DNA of 63,916 nucleotides, the filler included, from Reticulomyxa filosa (taxonomy: Eukaryota > Protista > Foraminifera): NCBI GenBank assembly GCA_000512085.1. It is 19 parts of 19 records of this genome, joined end to end, with 100 filler letters (N's around TTAATTAATTAA, not from the genome) between each part and the next. Parts side by side here need not be neighbours in the genome. Positions count along the whole stretch, not along the records: positions 25,732 to 28,030 come from ASPP01012296.1; positions 28,131 to 32,988 come from ASPP01023735.1; positions 33,089 to 34,964 come from ASPP01005813.1; positions 35,065 to 39,403 come from ASPP01003955.1; 15 more parts are not named here. The stretch is one strand, 5' to 3'. Positions within the stretch are counted from its first letter, which is position 1; each line of letters starts with the position of its first letter. A program made the translations under genes and the position numbers. Positions 25,808-39,503 of the stretch are shown here, piece after piece. The notes beneath the pieces were generated by a model. It saw only the letters and a list, made by a program, of their open reading frames with translations, made no database searches and was not told the origin of the DNA.

Positions 25808-26866
25808 GGCATACGTTGGAGCACTAAGCAACAAAAAGTGGATGTCCTTTGACAAGTTCCTTGACAAGCAAATAATGAATCAAATGAAACTAAACAATAA
25901 TAATAATAATAATAATGGACTTTCGTGGGGGACATTGTTTTATTACACGTGTGATGTCTTGCATGAGATTGTGATGATGGAACGTGATATGACAGGAAAC
26001 ATGTCCCCAAACGAACTGATATCTCGGTACCGATTGGACGAGTTGGCGAATTTGCCGACGGATGAATGGTTGGGAAAAGACAGTCCCAACGGCAACAGTC
26101 AGTACCTCCTCGCAAGAAACGGTGGTGCAATCGACCCTCCCATCCACTCTTTTGTCCACAAAAACAACGTCTTGGAGACCATTTATAGTGAGAACAGTGA
26201 CAAAGAAGATGACGACGAAGAAGAAGAAGAAGAAGAAGAAGAAAAAGAAGAGGAAGAGGAGGGGGGCAGTGACAAAGATGGTCCTGAAGGTTCCATTTTG
26301 CAACATCATCAAGTTTTGTCTTTCTCCGCTCTTCAAATGTAAGAACACATTTGTAAAAAGATGAAATGCGAATGCAAATGAGTACAAAGGAAAGCTGACC
26401 CATGTGTTGTCGTTGTTTGATTGCGAAGAAGAAGAAGAAGAAGAAGAAGAAGACTTCGACAGTGATGAAAGACAATGAAGAAAAGAGTGAAAGTTGGCTT
26501 GGCGAGCCCAAGCTGATTGAAACAAAAGTTCAACCGCACATGACAAGAGTAAAAAAAAAAAAAAAAAGAAGTAGAAGAAGAAGAAGAAGAAGAGGAGGAG
26601 GAGGAGCAGAAGAATGGATTAACGAAAATGAAAAGAAAGAATGAGAACAATAAACAAGACAAAGCAAGACAGCAAAGGAAATCAAGTGCAAACGACAAAG
26701 AAGAGCACGAAGCCCAAAGTCAAAATCAAAATCAAAACCAAAATCAAAATCAGCAATTATTATTATGGGCTAATGAAACACACGTTAGCGAATGGATGGA
26801 ACGCAAGCAGATGTATATGTGTTTAGAGATGAGAAAGAGATGGAATACAAAGCTTGCAGAGACAAT

Positions 26867-26897
<31 letters not shown>

Positions 26898-28030
26898 TGT
26901 GATGGATCGTCGTCATTGATGGATTCATTGGATATATTCTTTGAGCTTTGCACCGCACTGGAGCTGACGTTGAGTGTGTTCCAGAACGAAAAGAACATGA
27001 ACGTGACATTGACGCTGTCGGTGCGCGAGTCAATTCGGGTGGCGATGGAGGTGGTGCGATGCATCGTGATGGATCGCAGTTTGGTCGAAGTGGGCGATCG
27101 AATGGAGATGTACTACGACGCTTTTGTGGTGTTGAGTGAGTACCAAGACTGCATCGAGCAGTATCTATCGTTTTGGAAGCAGTCCGTGCAAACGCTTTCG
27201 CGATCAGAGCGCGAAGAGCTGTCGATGAAATGCTATCCTGAATTGATGCTTCATTTGGACGGTGTCCATTCGCACCTGGCCACCCATCCGCATCTCGAGC
27301 ATCTTTCCATCAAAATCATCGACTATGTCGATCGCATCCTTCTCTTCTTTTTCGAAAATCGACATCATCAGCTGTTCGAATACCTCACCCAATTGCAAAC
27401 CAAACAAGACCGCTTGGGAATCCCGACCAACCTCTTAACCGCCATCGCCAAGGCCTTAGACCTCGTCTTTCAAAACCGCTTTCACTCCACCGTCTGGAAC
27501 TCGGAAATGAGCGATATCCACCAGTTCATTTTCACATTTTGCAATGAAGTCATGGTTTCCAATGCCAATGCCAATGCCAATACCAATGCCAATGCTAATG
27601 CCAATGTCAATGCTAATGCGAATGCCAATGTCAATCCTAATACGAACGTTCAGTCCAATTCCAAACCAAACTCCACCTTGAACCTCAAAACCCTTCACTC
27701 TCACTCTCATCAACCTCAACACGAAATGACCAAAAGCGACACTGCGTTTGTCGACATGCTCGCTCTTCAGGCGCCTTCCGTGCTCACCATTGCCGTCCAC
27801 GATAACGACAACAATTACCATTTCAACGACAACGACAATGACAACGACAATGACAATGACAGCGACTTGTTCGATGTTACCAGGCTCGGGGATGGACTTA
27901 AAGCACTCACTCCCATCACCCCCATCTTTGGTGCCACGCATCAGTACCTTTTGGCTTCGTTGCATGATTACAATTTGAATACTATCAATACCAGCAATAA
28001 CAATAATAATAATAATAATAATAATAATAA
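25808..28030 (+). CDS. Partial multi-exon protein with low-complexity linkers and degenerate globin-like helical domain(s)
   Basis: ORFs 25842-26342 and 26628-28030. The segment at ~27150-27555 shows a globin-like helix pattern. Confidence 0.6.
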
Positions 28031-28151
28031 NNNNNNNNNNNNNNNNNNNNNNNNNNNNNNNNNNNNNNNNNNNNTTAATTAATTAANNNNNNNNNNNNNN
28101 NNNNNNNNNNNNNNNNNNNNNNNNNNNNNNCCCCCTTTTTTTTATACAATA

Positions 28152-28562
28152 ATTAAAAAAAAAAACTAACCTTGCATTGCTGAATTTTCAAACCTTTGTC
28201 GCCACAGGAATCAAGGTGTTTCTTTAAATCTTTATCTAAAAATTCAAAGACAAGGGTTAGTCTTTTTTCCGTGTGTACGACATCGTATAACCTTTTTTTT
28301 TATGTATATATATTTTTAGTTGGAGCTGATTAGTTGAAATTTATGTGAAGACAAAAACATACCTCACAATGTTGCCATGTTGCAGCTGCTTCAGCAAGGC
28401 AATTTCACGGATTGCTGTCGATGGAATACCTTCGTCCTCTGCGTCCAGTCTGATTTTTTTCAGGGCTAGTATGTCCCCAGTCAACTTGTCTTTAGCTTTG
28501 TAGACGATACCATACGTTCCCTCACCAATTTTTCCCAATTTTTCGAATCGATCTGTAAACAT
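28152..28562 (-). CDS. cdc2: PSTAIRE cyclin-dependent kinase (CDK1/2 type), first two exons, 3' truncated
   Basis: [50 protein letters not shown]|[24 protein letters not shown]. Confidence 0.93.
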
Positions 28563-30655
28563 TATATATCTGGGGCAATTGGGAGATTATTTGTTGTAAT
28601 GAGGGATAGAATCCAGTAAAAGGGGAAAAAGTTTTAATATTCGCAGAAGAACTGTTAAAAGATTAACTCATATTGAAGCGGTAACATGGATCGATTATTT
28701 ACATTTGACCGACAACTTGCTAAACAAACATCAAAAATTTTTGCGGTACAAAGAAAAAGAACAATTTTCTTATTCATTCAACACTTGCGATCAGTTATTT
28801 AATTTTTACTTTGAGTGTCCGTGTTACTTCGTCCCACTATGCTTCGTCACTATTCTAAATATGTGGACAAAAGTGCCAAGTCAGAAGATTTTGCCAACAG
28901 AATCATCTATATTTCCAAGCACTTTTTTTTAATATGTAAGTATATTTTGATATATTCATGTAAGAGCATATACAAGCCAAATGAGTATATGTTTTTGCAA
29001 CAGCACTACGACCGAACCAGAAAACAGAAACTAATAAAAAAAAGAAAAAAAACTTAAATGAAAAAATTTGCCAACAAGCATCTAGCATCAAAATCGTTGC
29101 ATAATGATATTGTTCAAACTTCACTTAGTTGGAAGTTTAATTGCATCTTCTTGTTGCCATCACAACGCAAGACAATTCACAATTCCATAGTTAAATAAAT
29201 AATTTCATCCTATTATTTTTTTAGATATACTTAAACAAAATTTTCGTTTGCACCAAAAAAAAGAAAGAAAAACTTAAAAACAAAATTCATCAATCAGGTA
29301 TTCGATTTCTGAAATTAAAAAAGGTTAATAATGAGAAATATCGTCCACATTCTGTTGGCCTCGTCCAATCAATTGATAATGACACTTGATACGCCATATT
29401 CGCAACAATTCTCGCAAATGATGATCGTACGAATATATTGTACGTACTGCAAAACACTTGTGTTTTCTTAATTCTTTAATTACTCGTTTCTAAGAAATCT
29501 TTTTCTTTTCTTCGTCATTCTACACTTAATGACGTTCTTAAGAGTTTGATATTTGTCGAAAAAAGAACTTTAAAATCTTCATTCGTGTCCAACATTACGA
29601 ACATCCAAAAATTTGAGATCCTTTGTTTTATGTGACAAAATCTCAAAATTTTCTCCACACGTCATTTTCAACTTTACTCAAATGGGAACATCCCAATATC
29701 AAACAAAATAAGTGAACGAAAACTTCGATTTTTGCTATCATCTTATTAAAAAATGTTCATTTGTTCAATCACAAAAAAATTTGTAGAAATGATATATTTT
29801 GCTTACAATAGTATTTATTTATGTTTTTTATTGTTTTTCTGTTTTTTTCAAAAGTATTTACAATGTGATTTATTTAAAAAACTCGCTACTTAAAAAACTT
29901 ATTGTCATTGCAGAAAAAAAATCAAATTTTTGCAATCTCTTTATTAATTTTAATAATAATAAACGATACGACTGATATTTTTGAACAGTCCGAATGTACG
30001 TTGAGCCAAATATCGTCAAACCAAAGTTAAAATTCGAGTCGTAATTGTTATTTACAAACAAGACTTTGACTGATGTTGTATTCAGTAACATTACTTTCAA
30101 TTTTGCTAAATAACAATAAAGTTTATCACATACTAACTAATTCAAAAATATGTACAGTTTTTTAGTTCTTTTTAATCTTTGTACGTAAACACGTTTTCGA
30201 TATTAAAATACTGGTCAAATGGCTTGGAACTATTGTAACGTAAAACAAATTCATTCAATCGAACTTCATATTGACACTTCAATTTTCTATTTTATGTACT
30301 ACTTTCCTTGCACAGCTTAGTTTGCAAAACTTTTGATTATATAGCCAATTTAGTAAATTTATATGCAATTGCGTTTTGATACATGAAAAGGGTAGTGAAT
30401 ACCAACTATATGCAAAATATTGAATCGAACACTTCTGGAAGTTTAAATCCAGAATTAATGAAAAAATTTTAACATATTCTGTCACTGGTGATTGTCTGAA
30501 GTTATGGACATTTTACAGTTTTTTTGTTTTGTGGGGACGTGTAACTTGCAATATTTCTCTTAAGACTAATCAAAAGAGTTGATCTTTCTGTTTGAACGCA
30601 GCAAAACGGTTTTTCCCACCACAGGGAAAAGAAAACTTTCTTCAGTTGAAAATTC

Positions 30656-31986
30656 ATGTCAAGTACATGGTTTGAACAAGAATTTGTTCCAATAATTGAT
30701 AATTGGGTGCGTTTGTCTGGACCATTAGATTGGATTGATGATTTGAGTCAATTGATAGCTGAGTTTTATTCAAAAAGAGCGTACTTGACAACGAACTACA
30801 AATTGGCTGTCTTTCAAAGCAAAAGCTGTGAGAGCGATCAAAAGATAATGTTGTTCAACGTGCGGCGAGAGAGATCGATTGAATGGTTTAACATAAGAGA
30901 AAGGGAATTAATCCATGGAAACAATGACAAAGACATGGTATGTGTGAAAAATATCACAGCAAAGCAGTTGAAAAGCTTGGGATTTGATAGCAGCCAAATA
31001 GCCGAGGATGAACAAAAGGATACGACATACGTAGTCTTACTCAAAGTGTCCGGCAACAAAAAAGAGAGCAAAGCACTGCTCTTTGGAGAAAATGAGCAAA
31101 TATTTTCATGGGATTTGCCACAATTCAATCAAATCACATCCCCGAATCAGTTGCTATTTCAGTCGAACATTGGATTAATTGCGTTTGACCTGTATAATTT
31201 TAGTCTATGTGAATATCTGCGATGCAATGGAGTGGCTTCGGTAAAGTGGAAGAGTTTTCCTCAATTCGATTCTCCTTTATTGAAGGTACTTTTGTGTACG
31301 TGTATGAAGAAGTCTCTCTCTCTTTCTCTATTATATATTTATACACAAATGTATGTATACGTAAAAGATAGAGCCACTTTTTTGGCTGGACAAATAATTG
31401 GATTAAATAAAAGATAAATACAGGTTTTAAAAGTCGGTATTTGTGCAGTGCAGAGATATGCCAAATGGGAAGAAAAGGCTGGGATGAATTTAGCAAAGAC
31501 GTATTAGTAGTATGCGGCTGTAATGGACATACGCTGATGTTCGATTGGGGTCTGTATGAATGGACCACGTTACCAACGAACGGCTGTAATCAACACAATA
31601 TGTATGCGTACATGTACCAATGGGAGGCAAGAAACAACGGGAGTATTGTCGTGCTGAACGGCATTGCGCAAAAATCAGTCAGCGAATTTGACTTGCATAA
31701 ACATGGATGGTACAAATTGCCTCCAACAAATTACTGCCATTATCAGGCGGGCTCCACAATTCGTAGTGGCCATGTGTTTGAAAACAAAGAAACTGGATTG
31801 CTGTCCGTCATGAGCTACCGAACTAATGTGTCACCCAGAGCCGTAATCGAAGTCTTAGACCATCGCGAAAACCTTTCTCATCGGGCGTGGAAAGTGCTCA
31901 CGCACGAAAGTCAAATGTTAGAAACTTTGCTACCTTTTAATATTTTCATGTCTGCTAACGAAACCCATTGCTGCATTTTCGGATGA
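30656..31986 (+). CDS. Divergent Kelch-like beta-propeller protein (intron ~31287-31370)
   Basis: Repeated FD/..W..LP blade ends (KWKSFP, MFDWGLYEWTTLP, EFDLHKHGWYKLP); N-terminal IIDNWVR..DWIDDL motif. Confidence 0.6.
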
Positions 31987-32262
31987 CTAACAAAAATACG
32001 ATCATGTCCATTTTTCTGACTTTTTCTGACTTTTTTTTCATGTCAACTTTTTAATAAATCAAATGAAGATCCAAATTTTTTTTTAAATTTTGGAAAAATG
32101 CAATAAAGACCAAAACACTACCAGAAACGATATAATTTGTAGATACAAAAAAATCTTGCTTACGTGTGAAGAAAATTTTTCACCTGTAATTTTGGACTTA
32201 AAAAAATAAATAAATAAATAAATAATAATAATTCAAGCAGAAGTCGGATCATATTCGACTAA

Positions 32263-32700
32263 ATGAGATCAGGCGATGTTCCGGCAAGAATACATGTGAA
32301 TTTGAAGTCAGTAAACTTAAGTGATGATATAATTGAAACAAACGACGGAGAGGAGGTTTACGAAACGACACCCCTTCGAAAATGGGTGCCAGATACTGTC
32401 AAGGAGAAGAAGGAATTGATGACAGATGACATATTGAGATCGATGCCGATCGGCTCGAAAGAGCTCGACGGCGGTTTGTGTGGATTAACTAATTTGGGAA
32501 ACACTTGTTTTATGAATGCCTCTTTGCAAGTGTGTTCTTTATGCGCATATATGTATATAATGTATCGTTAATTTTTTTTTTTTGCTTCGTTCTTTCGGTG
32601 CTATTGTATCACTTTGTATGTTTATATCGACCCTGTCAAACGACTTGGGATCAGTGTCTGCTCCATTGCCCACCTTTAATTTACATATTTTTGCAACCCG
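32263..32700 (+). pseudogene. Ubiquitin-specific protease (USP) Cys-box fragment
   Basis: GLCGLTNLGNTCFMNASLQ|CLLHCPPL. There is an in-frame stop just upstream and the contig ends downstream, so intactness is unknown. Confidence 0.65.
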
Positions 32701-33088
32701 AAGTTAAGTACACCCCCCCCCATTGGATCAAAGCATTATCATATTCACTTTGTGTGTATGTGTGTGTGTGTATATTTCGTATGCATCCAAAATTGTTGCA
32801 TACACAAGCACACCGAAACAATGGGCATATAGACGATGCAGATGGTGCAGAATCGTTATTTGCCTATGTTTTTTTATTTCAAGAGTTTGATTACTTTAGT
32901 TACATTTTGTACTGGCTTTGTCATTGATTAAATACTTATGTACACATACATATATATATGTATATATATATATATATATGTATATATGNNNNNNNNNNNN
33001 NNNNNNNNNNNNNNNNNNNNNNNNNNNNNNNNTTAATTAATTAANNNNNNNNNNNNNNNNNNNNNNNNNNNNNNNNNNNNNNNNNNNN

Positions 33089-34964
33089 ATTGGTATTGGT
33101 ATTGGTATTGGTATTGATGTGGGTATTTGCGACTCAGACAATGGTGGAGATGCACTCTCGTGTTGTTTGGATTCGTCTTCAGCTTCGTGTTGGTTTGGAT
33201 CGTCGCCATTCTTAGACAATGAAGTGTTCCAAGTTACATCTTGAGGTTGCTGTTCGATGGTTTCTTTTCTTTTCTTTTCTTTTTCCAATCTATTTTCATT
33301 GTCATTGTTATTATCATTGTTATTATCATTGTCATTATCATTGTCATTGTCATTGTCATTATCATTATCATCTTCGTAATCTACAGTCACAAATTCTCCC
33401 ATTTCTTCTTCGTCTTCGTCGTCTTCTTTCTCATTTGTTTGCTCTGTTTTTTCTTCTTTTTGCTTTTCATGATCATGTCCGTGTTGACCTTGCTGTCCCT
33501 TTGTTATTTCGAGCTCTTGGCTTTGTTTGTGATGGAAATGGGAATGGGAATGAGATTGTCGTGGATGGGTTGATATGTTCTTTTCAGGGATGTGAGTGAT
33601 GGGCACGGGCTTCTCCACCACAGTTGTCGCTGGCTGTGTCTGTGGCGCTTGTGAGGTGTTATTGGAATACGAGTGGACAGACTTGAAACTCGCCCTGGCC
33701 GGGTTGAGTCGCCAGCGATGCGTTTGCGAATCACGTCTATTCTTTGTGTTGGTGTCGTTCCCTGTTATGTCCAAGATCGTAAAGGGACAAAAGGGAGCGA
33801 CGTTTTGCAACTCCTTCACAATTGCATTGCGAGTGGAAAAACTAATGTTGATTGACTGCACCGCATACTCGCTGATGTATGCATCAAATATGCTTTTGAA
33901 GCGATTCACGCATTCCTCGTGTGACAACTCATCTGTCGTTTTCGAGGGTGTATACAACTCCAGCACTGCTTTTGGAAGTTGCAATTTCCATCCATATTCC
34001 TCTACAGCCATAAGTCTTTTTATTATTATTATTATTTTATACTCTTCCAACATGCTCCACATGCACACATACATTATAACATACACACACACACGCACAT
34101 GGCAATGCATGTGCGAGACATACCGGCTACGTTTCATTTGCATCTTTAAATGACAATATTGCAACACAAACAGCAAATTTCTGAGTGTATGTAGTAAAGA
34201 GAGGTAATGAATGAGTAAAGTAAAGTGGAAAGACACAAAGAGACAAGAATTTGTAGTACAAGTTTAACTCAGAAGCAAATTCTTTGGCTAAATGTGTGGC
34301 AAACAAGCGAAATCCTTTTTCGTGTTGCAAAAAATCACTGAGTTTGACATTTTTCATAACTTGCCTCCTTTGTTCTTCTTTGATTTTGTGTCGATTCAAA
34401 TACGATTCGCGAAGACTGGTGCTTTTTTGCAAGGCGGGTTTTAAAGACTCATGTTTGGAATTGGGATTGAAATGGGAATTGATATTGTGATTTGTCTTGT
34501 TGGGATTGTGAGTCTCTCGAGATGTGACAGTGGCCCAACGCCAGGATGGATTATTGACAACAGGACGACGCGGAGAAGATCCGGCCTCGGATACATTTAC
34601 GACATCGACAACGGGAGGAGACGATTGTGGCTTAAGCTCGTGAGGAGATGATTCGTCCCATGACTTTTGTCGCAACGCAGTCCATTCGATGGTCAAAGGA
34701 TTTGTAGTGTTAAGCAGAAGCGTAGAGATGCCGATGCCAATGCCCATGCCAAGTCCCCGCGAGTGGGGCGGGACATCATGGCCTTCCTTCGGAGAGGAGG
34801 TCGTCGCAAACATACCACTCAGTTCAGTGCTGTCGCTGTATGTAAGTCCCACGTTTGGCGCATTGTCGATAGTCTGCTCTTTTTTCTTTATTGTGGTGTA
34901 TGTGGGTAAGGATTGCGATTGTAACAAGGCCGGTCTTTGTATATATTGTCCATGTCCATGTTCA
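33089..34964 (-). CDS. RGS-domain protein (partial, introns)
   Basis: LSDFLQHEKGFRLFATHLAKEFASE|NLLFVLQY..IFDAYISEYAVQSINISFSTRNAI. Confidence 0.85.
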
Positions 34965-36047
34965 NNNNNNNNNNNNNNNNNNNNNNNNNNNNNNNNNNNN
35001 NNNNNNNNTTAATTAATTAANNNNNNNNNNNNNNNNNNNNNNNNNNNNNNNNNNNNNNNNNNNNCTAAAAATCAGGCCATCGCTTCTCAAAAAAGTCATG
35101 CGGCCGGAAAGTGTAATCTCCAAGAAATTCTTCTGTTCGGAGAAATAAACGTCCATAATTGAATGCTTCAACCACACGTTTTTGTGGACCACCAGTTTGC
35201 ATCGAAAAAGGCCAACGAAATAAAATAAGACCTGGCCAATGCTTATTCCGAAAGGGTACGTCGTTCTGGTTTGCAATCTAAATTTTAATATATCCAACAA
35301 AGTGCGTTCGTTACAGCCTTTGTTGTTCTATTAAACCTTGAAAGGAAGTTAAAGTAAATGTTGGCCTTGTTTAATTTGTCTTTCAGTAGGTTTTTACGTT
35401 GTAGTTCAATTACTTATATTGTTAATGTTAAGTAGCTTGACTTTCCTTTAAAAAAAGGTGATGAAAAAAGCGAAAACCAGCAAATTTCAATGTTGATTTG
35501 ATATCCTTTTTTGAAAGATATAAGTTTTATTGCTCGGTGGCTCAAATAAAATACAAATTACTTCTTCTTTTCACAATATGAATCATAGTATCAACATTTG
35601 TTCTTTCATGTCAGTTATCTCCTTCTTGACAAATGTTCCTTTTTTCCTTTTTTTTTATTTTTTATGGCCACTATCACTTTATACATTTTACTGTGAATGC
35701 AAATTTAACCAAGCATTTTACGTTTTTTGAACAATAATTTACCAAAATTTAATTTACAAAAAGTTCTGTGAAAAACTCATACTTTAGTCTTGAAGTAAGT
35801 CAAGTTGCGCTTATTTCACAAATATTGGATAGCGTTTGCGTAAAAGGTAGTATTTGTACAGTATAAAATAATCTTTAGCTCAATGTAAAAAAAACTTACA
35901 AAAATCAAAGTAAATGTCTTGTAAAAAAGGGTTATATTTTATTTTTGAATATGATGGTTGAATTTTTTTATTATAAAATAATTTCAGAATATTATCAAAG
36001 GAATAAGCAAAAAGATTCCATATTCACTTCTTGTCTTTAAAAAAATT

Positions 36048-38304
36048 TTAGCTGTTTAATCCCCAAATTCGAATTTTGCAATCGTCAAAACCTGACACAA
36101 TTGCATGACCATTTTGAGAAACATCAACACACCTTGCAGGATGATATCCTTTTAATATTCGTATTTCCTTTCCTAGTGCTACGCTCCACAATCGAACTGT
36201 ACGATCACTTGAACATGATATAATTGTTTGACCATCTGGAAAATATTTTATATCATTTATTTGGTTTGTATGTCCTTTCAATATTTTCAATTCTGTTCCT
36301 GTTTTAATGTCCCATATTCGAATTGTATTATCCAGTGAACAGGACGCAATAAATGTATCGTCAGGAGAAAATGTTGCAACACTAGAATTCCCTTTGAATT
36401 GTTTTAATTGTTCACCGGATTCTACACTCCACAGATTAATCATTGTATCATATGATGATGATACAAGCATTTCACCATCTGATGAAAACTGTGTGCTCCA
36501 TACATTTTCTGAGTGTCCTAATAATCGTTTTATTTCTATTCCAGAATGTGCATTCCATAATCGTATTGTACCATCATGTAAACCTAATACAATATATCTT
36601 CCATCTGGAGAAAAGTCTACATCCCATATATAATTAAAATCATCTTTGAATTCCATTCTTTGAGTCTCTGTTTTAATATCCCATAATCGAATTGTTCTAT
36701 CTCTTGAACATGAAATAACAGTATATCCATCTGGCGAAAATTTCGCACAAAAGATAACATCTGTATGTCCTCTGAAAATTTGAATTTGTCTTCCTGATTT
36801 AACGCTCCATATTCGAATAGTTTTGTCATATGATGCCGAGACAATCCTGTGGCCATCTGCAGAAAATCTTACGCTAGTCACAATATTGTCATGTGCTTCT
36901 AAGAGCATTAAAAATTCTAAACCTTTAATCTATTTAAAATATAAGGCATATAATATCATACAATATACATTTGTATATTTAAAAAAAAAAAAACATTACT
37001 TAACATATTTAAAAATAATTGTGTTAAAATCATTTATCCATCCTAATCTTATCTTCAAAATCCGAATCCAATGTTGACAAATAATTTTCATTTTATCTTT
37101 TGTCTGTTGATTTTTGTAATAATCAATTTTACAAAATAAGATTTATTTGTCGTGAAAAAGATTGAAAGGAAGATACCAATTTTGAATCAACCCAGCATCT
37201 CAATCTTGTTTTCATGTGCATTGACACTATATTTTTTTTGTCATCACTTCCACCAATGATATGTATGTGAGTGTTATCTTCATTCAATATTCCAAAACAA
37301 TCAAACAATGGAATAGGCAAAGTGTATTCAAATGTAATCCATGTATTTTCTTGTATTAAATACTTGCGAATTGCTCTTGAAACGACATACTTATCCCCTT
37401 CCCAACCACGTCCACCAAAGAATAAGACTGCATTATTGACATACACGTATGCATAATGACAAAATTGTTTAATATCCTTACAAACAGGTAGCTCATGAAA
37501 CTGAAAAGTATTTCTATATTCATCATATTCAATTGATAATCCTGTCTGCTTACAAAACAGCACCATTTCACTTATATACATATCATTTTTGGATTTCTTT
37601 TCTTCTTGTTCATTTTCTGACTTTAATATAAGACAATGATACCGTATAATATCATTAGTTGGTAAAGTATTGTGTTTAATAAATAGAAATGTAGTTAAAT
37701 CAAACACGCTAATATTTTTATGATAAGTAATAAATAATAAATGATTGCTGCTTCCACCAATCACTGCACGCATTCCTTGATAATTGTCATACTCTCTTCC
37801 AATATAGACTTTATTATTTTTATTATTTGTGAGATAAGTCCATTTATTGTAATTGTCTGATTTGTTTGATTTATTCATTTCATTGTCGTTATCATTATCC
37901 CAAACACTTGCATATTTCATTATCAACGTATGCTTATTATGTCCACCCAAAGACAACAAAGTGATTTCATTGCTGTCCTCGTTATTATTGTCATCTACCA
38001 GCTTCACTATGCAGTGTCCATCTAAAAAAACCCAACTTGGATACTCACAGATAAACTTGTATTCGTTTTTGAGTGTATGATAAGAATAACAAGCCTTTTG
38101 AAATTGACCTCCGCAAATGAGAATTTCATGCTTATGTAACACGCATTGAAATTGATAAAGTCGAGTGGGCAAATTCCTCAAACTATAAAATGAGGCTGAC
38201 GTGGCAGTATTTTGGCTTTGTTTAAGTTTTTCAAGCGTAGAAAATGAATTCGAGGTGGTAGGTATTTGATTCCGTTCAGTTTGTCTTGTATTTTGATTAT
38301 CCAT
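36048..38304 (-). CDS. Kelch-like propeller + WIRIL linker + 7-bladed WD40 protein (3 exons)
   Basis: Exon 1 has Kelch-like HEILICGG / AVIGG / VLFFGG / IHIIGG. Exon 2 (~37003-37095) is QHWIRILKIRLGWINDF. Exon 3 has seven GH...WD repeats. Confidence 0.88.
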
Positions 38305-38849
38305 GTTGTTAATGTTGAAATTATTAAGCAGATTAACCTTTTAAAAAAAAGAGGAACGAGTGACCTTAAAAAAAAAGTTAGTTATTCAACACTGAGTTTA
38401 AATACTATACATTAATTTCATTAGATACACGATTTAAACGTCATATTTTTTTGTTTTTCATTTAATTGTCAAATATTTATTTGTTTTCATTATTTCTTGT
38501 CCTATTTAAAGGAATTAATAGGATTTTTTTTTTTAAGAATCCTTATTGTTGTTGATGTTATTATAAAATTTTTTTCTCTTTTTTTTATGTTTGTATATCG
38601 AAATATGATTAAATCACAAGAAAAATCATTCTTTATCACTTCATGTAACAGCCGCTACAATAAGTTGTTTCTTGTTACTTGTTCCTACTATATCATGATG
38701 ACTTTGAGCTTGTATCACATTCATACGTTAATGGATTGAATTTAGATTTTTTGTTTGACAAATAACTTCAACACCTAAGTCAACATTTTTTTGGAAAATT
38801 ATTTCTTTCTGTACGAATTGTGCGGTTTGGGGTACTATGAATGCATGTA

Positions 38850-39370
38850 TTATTTTCCAATATGCTTAAATAATTGGATAGTGAGGAAGATGTTTATAAA
38901 TATCATGTAGCAGTACATCTTTCTCATTCATTTTTGATGATATCGCTGGTTTACATTTATCAAATTCACATTTAAAATGTTTAGTTCTATGTCCCATCCA
39001 TAAAATGATCTCTCATTTATAATTTATGTTTTACATATATATTCCTTGTTTGAAAGTGATAAATATGGATGCAATGGTTCTTTGTGTTGAATTAAAATCA
39101 TCTTTCGTAGTTTGATTTCATCAAATGAATGAGATACAATAGTTGAACCATCAGTAGAAAATTTCATTTTTTTGTTTTCACAATTTTATTGTTAAAATGT
39201 TGTTTGATCATTCGGCAAACTTTTCATAATCCTAATCCTTTAATCAGTTCTCCAGATTGTATATCTGAAATGTTTGCCCTCGCAGCACTACTTAATCCTA
39301 TCATCTTTTTATCTGATAAAAACTGTACACTTGTTATAGTCTGAAAGTTTTTTGGTTACTTGTTTGACAA
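38850..39370 (-). pseudogene. Fragmented WD40 relic
   Basis: Minus-strand remnants such as KFSTDGSTIVSHSFDE and VQFLSDKKMI, with stops and deletions. Confidence 0.5.
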
Positions 39371-39503
39371 GTTTAAAAACAAGTCAACAGCAAAAAGTCA
39401 AAGNNNNNNNNNNNNNNNNNNNNNNNNNNNNNNNNNNNNNNNNNNNNTTAATTAATTAANNNNNNNNNNNNNNNNNNNNNNNNNNNNNNNNNNNNNNNNN
39501 NNN

